DNA of 64,000 nt from Candidatus Omnitrophota bacterium. GTDB taxonomy: Bacteria; Omnitrophota; Gorgyraeia; Gorgyraeales; Gorgyraeaceae. The notes under the pieces are model-generated. The model did no database searches. It saw nothing but the letters and a program-made list of their open reading frames with translations, and had not been told where the DNA came from. Positions 27,001-39,000 of the stretch are shown in pieces; positions within the stretch are counted from its first letter, which is position 1, and the number at the start of each line of letters is the position of its first letter. The stretch is from assembly GCA_043814965.1 (NCBI GenBank), contig JBDRJN010000006.1:7838-71837 (forward strand), written 5' to 3'. The position numbers and the translations under genes were made by a program.

Positions 27001-30000
27001 TAAACAATATAATCAATTGGGGTATGAGGACAGCTGATAAGAGATTGGGGAATTTTGTTATAAATGTAGGTATTAACCTTACCTGGTCTGTTGCTGCACT
27101 TACTTGGGCAGGCGCTTTGATAATAAAGGATTCTATCGTATCTTTATGGGAGGCATATAAAGGGATCGTCGGAGCAATCTTCTTTACTTATCCAAAGCGC
27201 GTTAAGGAGTCTGTGGTTGGGTTAAAACTGGTGGCTATTGATGCTGCAAATAATGCCCGCGCTTTAAGATATTCTTCTAAAGTAACAAAGATAGCCGCAA
27301 GTATCGTAGCATTACTTATACCAGATACTTTAACAGCAGGAATCGGAGATGTTGTATCATCAAGCCCTATAGAGGCTGTTTTGGGTGTATTGGGGCTGGG
27401 CGCTATCGCAGCAGGCATTACTTATATGAAGAATAAGTTTAATGGAGAAAGTGAAAAGGAAAGCCCTAGCATTTTAATGGAAGACGAGTCTTCCGGAATT
27501 ACAATAGAACTTGATAATAATATCTCAAAAGATGGTATAAAGGACCTGCAAAGATTAGCTCTTAGTATATCAGATGATTTTGATGAAGAGACATTTAAGG
27601 AGAATGGCGGTTATGTATTTGGCAGAGTAGAAAAAGACGGTCAATATGTTGTAACGGACCTCGTGCCATTTAAGGAATTTGAAGCAACAGATATAAGAGT
27701 AGACCCCACAGATAGCGATATTAAACAAGCCTTACTGGATAATGCAAGTGATGGTGTAAAGCTATTAGGTACTTATCATAATCATTGGATAAATAGGCAA
27801 CTTAGCAATCAAAGACCCGGGGCTTCTCCAGATGATTTTAAGAGCAATATTCTCGAGAGAGCAAAAGATCCTAATATAGGCGGAGAACATCTAGTAGCTG
27901 TAGAGGAGATAAATTTTGTATTAGAACCTGAGTTTGAAACTGAGCCTACGATCGAAGACCTCATGCAGGGCAATATTAAAGTAAGAGTAGATGAAGTCAA
28001 AATATATCCTTATAAGGTTAAGGACGGCAATTGGATCAGCTTAGATCCAGTTGAGTTCCAGAACAGCATCTTTAAAGTAGACGACTTAGAGCGCAATAAG
28101 GAGACTCAAACATTCACTGAGATCGCTCCCAGGGGAAGCCCTGAGATAGTCGTAGCAAGCGTAACGGAGGATATTCAAAGAAAAACCCAAAGGGTTTTTC
28201 TTTGGCCACTTCTGAAAACGTTTACAAAAAGGCTGACTCTTACAAAAACACTTCTATATATACTATTACCTCTCAATATATTCCTGGAAGTATATTCGCA
28301 GGACTTAAAAGACCATAATAATATCGCATCAAAACAGGACATAGAAGTAGTAAAAGAGGACTCTAAGAGCGATGTTGCCAGAAAGATCAATAAGGCTGTA
28401 GAAGGCCTATTATCTCTGAGAGACCCGATCACTAATCTGCCGCCAAGCCATTATGGGCATAAGGGCTTGGAGAAGACATATTATCTCTATGACCTGGCGC
28501 ACAACGCAATAGAGCTCAAGGTATCAGGAAAACAAAAAGAAGCAGAGATAATGCTTGATTATATTGCAAGGCGCATCGATATGCCGCTTGAAGAAGTCAA
28601 AAAGCATGCTGACAAGAACGGTGTATGGGGCATGATCCAGATATTCAAGCATCCTTTCGGGGAAGACCGTTTTGTAAAAGGCATAATAAATGCTATCAAT
28701 ATAGCGTCACGCGACAAGCAGGGAAAAGGCGAAGAATTCTGGTCAACTCCAGGGCCTATCGCATGGACCATCTTGGCAATGATACAGGTAAATCCTCAAA
28801 AATATACTAATCAGGCAGAACAACTGGCGGATGTATTGATAGCTATGCAGGATGAAGAAGGCGGCATAATAGACGGAACCAGGAACCTGGGGAATATAAA
28901 CACAGAACCTCATATGGATGGATATAGCGGATTCAGGATCATTATAGACGCATATAGGGCATTTGATAACCTATATAAGAAGACAAATGATGATAGATAT
29001 AAGACTGCAAGAGACAAGGCATGGAGCTGGTTTGAGAACGAGGCGCTTGATAAGGAAAGAGCTGTTATATTGCAGGGCCTTACATTGGGAGGAAATCCAA
29101 GTTATGTACATGCTACGGATGTCTATACATGGCCTATAGCGATGGCAACAGATAAATTGGACCCGAAATTGATATTAAAGTTGATAGAGACAGTAGAAAA
29201 AAGAAGCCTTGTTGATATTACTTATAAGAGGTCAGACGGTAAAAAAATAAATGTTATCCTGCCTGATTTTACAGACCCAACTGATGGCATGATAAAAGGC
29301 ATGAGGCATGGTTATCATCCTATGGGTTCTCCCGAATGGGCCGGCGGGTTTATTATTATGTATTATGAAGCAGCCTGTAGGCTTTGGAAAGAAGGATATA
29401 AGGACGAGGCAATAGAGCTTAAGGCAAAAGGCAGGGCAATGCTCAGTTACCTATGGATGACAGGCGTAGAAAAAGATGGTTTGATCACAGGGCCATATGC
29501 TACTTCTAAATGGCTTGAAGTAGGCCATGGCTGGTTTACCCCTACAAGCGATATAAGCACTGCATGGGACTGGACTATACTCCCAGCCCTTGAATATAAT
29601 CCATTTATTCTTGATGGAGGCTCATTAAAAGAAAGGCTTTCGGATATCCCAGATCTGTCATCAGAAAAAGCATCCGAGCTTTTAAGGAACGAGGTAAGAC
29701 ACCCTGCTTATGAAGAAAGCAGTATTAAAGTAGATGCGACTGAGGATGCAAGCTGGATATATCAGCCAGGCTGGTTCATGGAGAATAAGGTATGGCCTGG
29801 TTACAAGAACGGAGAAAGAGGCAATAAAGACGGGTTCAGGCAGGCCATAAGGTTCGGAGAAATAGTGTTGGATAAGTGGCTTTCAGATGCTATAAACGAA
29901 CAAAAGGCAAAGGAAAAAGAAGTAGGAGGGCTTATTGATTATCAATGGGGAAGTATTGATGAGGAAACAGAAGAGGCTGTCTGGAAATACCCTCTTCTCA

Positions 30001-33000
30001 ATGAGGTAGGCGCAGCCTGCTGGGCAATGGCTGCTTCTTATGTACAGTTGGGCGATGAAAAGAGCGCTAAAAAATATATAAAGATACTCATAAAAGATAT
30101 TCCTTATCATCAGATATATGAAGCGAGCGGGCCAGGTTTCTGGAATGCTATCAAATCATGGCACATGATGCCTAATAGTATAGATAGAGAAATGGCCGGG
30201 ATCTATAGAGAAGCCGCAAAAGAAGAAAACATACCTATAAGTATAGTACCTGAAAAAGGCCTTTCCAGCATAAATATAGCTCCTTCAAAGGAAAAGGCTC
30301 AAGGCGCAGGCAGTATAGACAAGATAGAGTCAAAGTCCAGGATAGAAACTATTGCCAATGGTATCAGCGGTTCATGGTCGGGATACGGGTCTAACTCTTC
30401 GTGGGCGGATGGGACATTTGACCTTAAGGATGCAAGGTCCATACGCATAACATTTCCTAAAAACCAGGCAGGCATAAATATATTTGTGAGATTATTAAAA
30501 AATAGGAGCATGGCCCCGAGCGATATAGGCAGAAGTCCAAAGATATACACAATACCTGCCGATGGAGTGGTCGAGATACCTATATCAGATTTTCCTGTCT
30601 CGACAAAAGACCTTGGTAACATAGAGCAGATCTCAGTGCATTCAGGTTCTAATGCCTGGAATAATCCTTTAAAGCAGAGCGAAGGCAGGAAGGCTATGTT
30701 CCAGAAGATAGAGATCATTATAGCTTCAAAAGACAAAGGATATATGCCTATAGAGGGAAAAGATGGTTTTGGCCATGGTTTTCCGATAGAGCTCTTTGGA
30801 TTAGGCCTAAGCGCCTTAGTAGGCATGGTAATCAATAAAAAGAATGACGGAGATACGATATACGAAGATGAAGACATGAAGGTCTCCTCTGAGAGAAGAG
30901 GAAGGCTGTATATCAGCAGTAAATCCAGGAAGATAGACATGGTCTATGATCCTAAGAGGAGTAAAGATAGGCTAAAGATCAGAGGCGCTTACGATGAAAA
31001 CAGCATGGAAGAATTAAGAAAAGATATAACAACTACCATAAAGAAAAAGTCACTTAAACTGCCCTATGGTTTTATGCAGGATATCGGGATAAAGAGTATA
31101 TTGAGCCCGGAAAGAGAACGTCCGTATAAGATAAGGGATAAGTTCAAACAGCTGATAGCATTCTATATGACAGGAAAACTTACAAAGCTAAGTGATGGAT
31201 TTGAGATATATCAAGGTTATTCTATGTTTGTAAGCGGCATAGCATTGCCTCATAGGTTTTCGGACAGTGAGCTGGATTTTCTTATAAAGTCAGTAAACAG
31301 GGGATATGTCTCGGAATATGACCTAAAGAGAAGATTCGGAAATAAAGAAAATTTTAAAGCTATAAAAGAAAAGATGATCTCTTTTACGAATGCGTTATTA
31401 GCTGTAAAGGAACTCAAGAAGAGAATAAAAGGTTCTTATAGTAAAAGCTCTATAGATATGGCTTTTAATGAGCTTTATACAGAGCTTAATAGTGTAAGTG
31501 ATTATAAGATAGACGAACTAGAGAAGAGATGGAAGAGGGTGATGGAAGAGACAGGTATATATGTACCTGAAAGATATAAGGAAAAAGATGATGCCAAAGA
31601 TAAATCTTTTTCAAAGAATAAATTATACTCATCCCTTATAATTCCTTTCCTAATGGTCATCCCGGGACTATCTACAAATGCAAATACCCCTATAGATACA
31701 AAATTACAATACAATCATCATTCCAATACGCAATACGATGTCTACAGAGAATTAGAGATGTTATCTTGGAACCTTTTTGAAGATAAAAATATAGATAGAC
31801 TAATAGAAATAGGCGAACCAGCAATTCCTTATTTACTTAAGGCCTTGCAGAGCGATAAATTATATAGCTCTCAACGTGAGGAGATTATAAAACGCCTTGG
31901 AGAAATAGGCGGTATGGAGTCTATTTCACAGCTGATCAATTTATTAAAGACTAAAGAATACCTTGTGCCTGAGCTTTCCGCAAAAGCTCTTATTAAGATA
32001 GCTGAAAGAAACTCTATAGATATGGCTAATCTTTATGGAGATAAAATAACAAGTCTTATATTAGCTAATTTGGAAAAATGGGATGAGCTAGCTAGCAAGA
32101 TGGGCCCCAGAGCAGTGGCTGGTTTAATGGAATATATTGATTATTATAAGATGTCCGAAAATAGCATAGAAACCTTGTCTAAAATACAGACTCCAGAAGC
32201 GATCTCTTATCTTGTAGACAATCTTTCTAGTGCAGCTAATGACAGAAAGATCATGATAATCAAGACTTTTGATAAAACAAAGGCAAATACTCCTCAGGTA
32301 ATTGAGGCATTAACAAAAGAGTTAAAAAATATAGATCTAAAGGTACGGATAGAGTCAAGTATTGCGCTTTATAATTTAGGAAATAATAGAGGATTACTCA
32401 CTCTGATAAAAGATATAAATAGTAATTTTGAAACTATATCTAATGATACAACTTTGTTGAGAAGGATGCCTTTACCTATTAAAAAACAACTTGCTTCTAG
32501 ATTTGCAAATTCCTTAGGCAAAGGCAAGTTTGATTTTTATCATTCTGGTGCCATCTGGCAGGAGTCATCTAATATTTCAGGTTTAGTTGCGATTGGAGAT
32601 GCAGCTATACCTTATCTAGTACCATTGTTAGATAGTCCTATTGCGCAGAAGAGAAAAAATGCAGTTATGGCATTAAGCAGCATAGGGATAAAAAATAAAG
32701 ATATTGCAGATAAGATAAATTCATTATTATTAAATGACCCTGATTATGAAGTCTGGCTTCAGTCTGGAAAGGCTTTGGTTAAAACTGCACGCATATACTT
32801 ACCGAGTTGGGAAAAAGATTTTTCAATGAATAAATTAATAGGACTTTTTAGTCAAATGGACTATCCGGAGCGTAAGTATGGAAAAGAAAATATCTTACAT
32901 TCTATTATTCAATGTTCAAATTTAGAAGGTCCTATAGGGGTATACGGAGATTTTGATTATCCTGAAGAAGCATCAGCTTTATTACATAAAATCAAAGAAC

Positions 33001-36000
33001 TAGGAGAACCAGCAATAAACTTTTTAATAGACGCTTTACCTGTGTATTTTTATCAAGGTTCTTATAGTGATAATTATTATCCTGCAGAACGATTATTACG
33101 ATTTATATTGCATGGGAATTCTCTGAGATTGTACAAGGCGTTACGCGAACCGCTTTATGAGAATACCCAGAGAGCAATGTCTCTTCGCGTGAAAAGGGAT
33201 CTAATGATAATAGATATACTGAAACAATCAGGAGCTGATGGTTTTTCAGGTTTTAAACTTAATGTTGGTAATTATAATGACCTATTCGATGATAACCCAA
33301 AGATCAGAAATGAAGCATATAAAATCCTTAATAAGGAAGGGTCTGCTAGAGAGTTAGTAAGGATCAGTAGGTTATTTAATAAATTAAGAGACGAAGAGGC
33401 AGCAATAAAGGACCAGGAAATAATAAATAATACAAAGGAAGGAAAACTAAATGCCTGGCGTATACGAGAAGCTATCAATAGGATCGGTAAAAATAACGCA
33501 ATTAGTTATTTAATGACAGGATTCAGTAAAGTTAAGACTATTGAATATGCGAGATCGATCACAGAGTTGGATACTGTTAAAGGAATGAATAGTTTAAGCC
33601 AACTTTTAGACAGTGATAAGTTTAATACTGGTTTTGAAGCCTCGAAGACATTATTAGAAATATCCAAAAAAGATTCTTTAGACCTTACTTCTTTTTTAAG
33701 TAAAGACAGGATGGAGAAGTTAAATACTTATAAACTGGTAAATGGTTATGATTGGTATAAGAAATTAGATAGCCTTGGTCAACCTACGATCTCTAACCTA
33801 AAGAAGATGTTGCAGTTAGATGTAGATACAGAAAACAGAATTAAGATCCTCATTGCTTTAATAAATAGAGGGGACAAGGAATTATTGCCTGACGTATCTG
33901 ATATTATAGAGAACCATGAAAATAGTGATATAAGGTATAGAGCAGCTAATATACTTGGAGATACAAGTAGTTATTGGGCTGAAGATGTTCTTTCGAATAG
34001 TTTAAAAAAAGAGAAAGATGTTAGGGTCAGGAGATCATTAATAGAATCTCTAGGTACGCTGAAATCTAAAAAAGCGTTTAGTTACTTAATAGAGCTAGTC
34101 AAAAAAGAAAATGAAGATATAGATATAAGAAAAGCAGCTATTAAAGCTGTTTCAGATATAGGCTACAAACCCCCTGAATTAGTAGATATCTTAATAAATA
34201 AACTAAGTGATTATTCACTTAAAGAAGATATTTTTGAAGCTATTGGAGCGTTAAAGATTCAAGAGGCAGTCCCGCATTTAATAGATATGATAGAAAAAGA
34301 GATGGATAAGGACAGCCATAATTTTGAATTAATCAATAAAGCGGCAAAGCCATTAGGAGATATAGGGAATAAAGATGCCCTGCCTATATTAATTGACCTA
34401 TTGGATATAGAGAAGAACGGAGTCTTAGAGACAGCAGTTGAGGCAATAGCAAAAATTGGCCCACCGGAAGACATGATAGATGACCTTATAGATCTATTTG
34501 AATTTAGAGAAATGAACGAAGATAAAAAAAGCCCTTACGATCCTTCATCCTATTACAGTACAACATTATGGGGGAATATTAGAAACGCCTTAGTAAAGAT
34601 AGGAAAACCTGCGCTTCCTTCATTGTTAGAGGCTTTTGCAGATGAGGATATACATGAAGAGAGAGGGTATTTTAGTGGGGATAGGGTCAGTGATTATATC
34701 AAACAAGCTGTTTCCGAGATCGAGAATGTTTCTTTAGACACAGATAGGAAGCTGGTTGACTATCTAAAATCAAAATTAAGATCTACTGATTCTGATATAA
34801 GAGATTATGCCTCAGATGTCTTAGAATTGCCTTATTTAGCTAGGATAGTGAGAGAAGATGAATATAATGAGACGCTTGATTCTATGGAGTCAAAGAAGAT
34901 CAGTGATCATGATGGTGCTATTGATGACTTGATCGATATTTTAAAGTTTAAAGAAGGCAGTAATGCGCTTCATGAAAGAGCAGTAAAACTACTTGTTAAA
35001 ATAGGAAAATCCGCAATACCTGAACTATTCGAGCTTCTTACGGATGAAGACGCAGTAGATAGTAGATATGTCAAAGAAGCTTTTTCTAAGATCGAGAACA
35101 TCTCTTTAGAGACTGATGAAGAATTAACCAGCTACTTAGAATCAAAGCTTAGATCCGATAACTCTAAAATCGTAAAAAATGTCTTAAAGGTACTTGATAA
35201 GATCTCACCTGACTCAAAAGTTGCAGCTAAATTCAAAAAAGAACGCACTGATCTATTCCTGAAATGGCTTGGTATCGCAGTTATCGCAGGCGCAGTATTA
35301 ACTGTACTAACTGCTGCATGGAGGGCGTGGCGCCAGGTAATGAAGGAACGCGCTGACAATGATCCTGCAGTAGCCTCTAATACTAAAAAGTCAATATTCA
35401 GCAGGATTTATTCTAAGATCAAGGATAAATTTACATTGTTTACGCTTATAAGTACTTTTTTAGTCATACCTAATCTATCTACAGGCATTTTTGCGCAGAT
35501 GCCGCAAGGGTGGAAACCGATATCTGAATATAATTATGATGAAGAAAGGCGAGTATATAGGAATAGAGCTTACTTAAAGATGCTTAATTATATTTCAGAA
35601 AATGGGATAAAAGAAAAAACCCATGAAGAATTAAGCCGCTTGGTTTATTTAGCAGACTCTTGTGTCTTGGAAAGAGAGAATGAAGAGAATACAAGAAAAT
35701 TAACAAGACATGGAGACCTTGCAGTTGTTGCTTTAGTGGAAGCTGTCAGATATTTACCTCTTCCATGGAGTGAAGATGGAAGGGCGGTATATTGGCAGAA
35801 GCGGTATATAAAAGAGGCTATTAAAAAAATAGGTAGTCGTTCAATACCTGCATTAGTATACGAAGTGAATGATGCTGATACTGCTATATATTTATTTGCG
35901 TTGGGTGTGCTTGGTGAATTAAAAAATGCTGGATCAGCTGTCGAACTTGCAAAATTAATAAATTCAGATAAATTCGAGGATGGAACTATAAAGATGCAGG

Positions 36001-39000
36001 TATGGGACGAACGCATTGGAATGTATATGGATAAGAAAAAGACAAAATTTGAAGTTATTTTAGAAACAATAGTAAAGATAAATAACAAAAATACAGTGCC
36101 GTACTTGTCAAAATTACTTACAGAAACAGTGGAATATGATGATATCTTTGAAGAAACGTATTCTTTTTATTCTATATATTCAGAGGAAAGAGAAAAGGTT
36201 GTATGTGCTATTGGTCAAATAGGAGGGGAGAAAGCTATATCTATTTTGGATAATGTATTAAAAAAGGATAAAGACCCATTAGTACGAATAAAAGCCATAC
36301 AAATGCTGGTAGATATTGGTAAACCTGCTGCTTCAAGCGTAATCAAGGCATTAAAGCATAAAGATAACAAGGTAAAATCTATAGCTATAGAGGCGATTGC
36401 TAAGACAAAAAATATAGAAGCAGTAGATAATTTGATACATATATTAATAGCTGAAGAGGATTGGCATATTAAGGAAATCGCAGGCCAGGCGCTTATTGAT
36501 ATAAGCAAAGAACATTCTTTAGACCTTGTGGAGCATGCTAAGAAAGAAGAAAAAGAATTATTAGATTTATATTTATTTATTATTAAAGGCGAATGGGAGA
36601 ATGTTGTTAAAATTGGCAGGCCAGCAATACCAGTCTTAGCTGAGCTATTAAAGAGCAAAGATACAGGGATATATAAGTCTGATCCTATAACTGTTCTCGG
36701 AGATATAGGCGATCCAAAGGTAACGCCTATCTTGCTTGATTTTATAGGTGAAGACGTGGTAGGGCCTGCAGCTCTTGAAGCTTTTATGAAAATAGGAAAA
36801 TCAGCTATTCCATACCTCATCAATACTTTAGAGAACAGCAAAGATTATTTATTAAAAGGAAAGTCCATTTATATACTTGGGAAATTAGGACATGATAATA
36901 AAGAAGTGATGAATATTTTAATTAACAATCTTAAGGGAGAAAAATATATAAAGCAGACTATAATTGCGCTTGGAGAGGCAAGGCCGCAAGAAGCCCTTTC
37001 TTATTTGATAGATATTGCGGAAGACGAAGATGATGCAAATATTTTAACTTTAACCGCAGAAGCCTTGGGAAAAATAGGAGACAAAAAGGCATTGCCTGCT
37101 TTACTTGAGTTATTGGAAACAGATGATTATAATGTCCTCTCTTATACTATGGATGCTATTGAAAAAATAGGCGTAACTAAAGATGCGATTGATGGATTGA
37201 TAAATGTATTAAAATTTAAAGAAGGAAATTACGGGATTTTTGAACAGGCTGAAAGGCTTCTTATAAAGATAGGGAAACCAGCGCTTCCATATTTGATCCA
37301 GGCAGGAGAAGATAAGGAGATAATAGCACCTAGTTATATTGAAAGAGCTGTAACCAGCATAGAAAATAATCCAGAAGAGATAATTGGCTATCTAGAATCT
37401 CAGCTTAAATCAGATGACAATAAAATGGTAAGAAATACCTTAAAGGCGCTTAAGATAATCTCACCTGACTCTAAAGCCGCGGCTAAATTCAAAAAAGAAC
37501 GCACCAATATATTCCTAAAATGGCTGGGTATAGCAGTTATCGCAGGCGCAATACTTACTGTACTTACTGCTGCATGGAGGGCGTGGCGCCAGGTTATAAA
37601 GGAGAACAAGATCAGCGTATTTATTGGAGGAGCGCTATTAACAGTTTTTTACTATTACTTATCTAATGATATGTCATTACCCATGGTCTCCCAGGCCTTA
37701 TTCTTAGGAGGAATTGTTTTAAAGAAAGATGAGTTCAAAGAATTAGACGCCTTATTAGAGTCAAAAGTGAAAAATAGCATGGTGTCTTTACATAGGAAGA
37801 TAGTCAGTGATTCAAGGAATAAAATACTTGGAGAAGACAAGAGAGAGCTTTATGAATTCAGTCTCAGGGACATAAAGAAATGGGCAGAGTTCTTTAATAA
37901 ATATAAAAGAGACTTAGGAGAGGCGGGAGCATTTATTAAAGGAGCGTATTATATATATTATGACAGGATGGAAAATGATCTTGATAGAGGTAGAGTATCT
38001 GGCCATATAGAAGATACGATATCAGGCTTGTTCCCGGAAGAAGAACTCCAGAAAAAGAGCTTAACGGACCTAGTAGATAATATAGGAAAACAAGATAAAA
38101 ATGTCTCCCAGGTAGAAGATATAAGATTGACATATCTTGAGGAAAAAGACGATACTTACAAGATATTAGACATTGAACTCGATATAAATCATAGAGATGA
38201 AGATAAGACACATGTGCCTGATAGAAAATCTTCAGAGCTTGTGCCTATTTCCCACACCATAGAAGACCTTGAAAAGATAGCCCAGGCAACAGCTCTTAAA
38301 GAGCCGGTTCTGCTTGTAGGAGAGACTGGTGTGGGGAAGACTTCTCTAGTCAGGTATCTTGCATCAGTTACGAATAATAATTTCAGGAGGTTCAATCTCA
38401 ACGGCCAGACTGATAAGACAGAGTTTATAGGAGGTTTTAAACCAAAAAATGAAGAAGGCAATACTGGATTTAAATGGAAAGACGGCATATTGATAGAGGC
38501 GATGAAGAAAGGACATTGGCTGCTTTTGGATGAGATAAATCTTGCTGAGCCTGAGATAGTGGAGCGCATAAGATATTTACTGGATAACAATGGATATCTT
38601 GTCGTAAGCGAACACGACGGAGAAAAATATATAAGCGCGGAAGAATATGACCAAAAGGTAATGGAACTTGTAAAAGGATACGAGGCTCAAGGCATAGAAA
38701 AGGCCAGAGAAGAGTTGATAAAGGACGCTATAGGCGAACTAAAATCAGGGCCTAGTCCTATATTCAGGATCCACCCTAATTTCAGGCTTTTTGCCACAAT
38801 GAACCCTCCCGAATACGAGGGCAGGAAGGATATGTCGCCCGCGCTTATGAACAAATTCAGGGTCAAATGGATAAAAGACCTTACGGAAAACGATATAAGG
38901 ACAATAATCCAGAAAAAATACAGATTCGATAAGGTTATAACTGATTCAATAATGGAGTTCCATAAAGCGCTCAAGAAACTTAACGGAAAAGACGGCTTGC

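Noticed and set aside
10209-28142. Two RGSP motifs (10209, 28131) resembling RAPP/RGPP ribosome-arrest motifs
   Set aside because: They lack the PP dipeptide, and two 4-mers in 18.5k aa are weak evidence.
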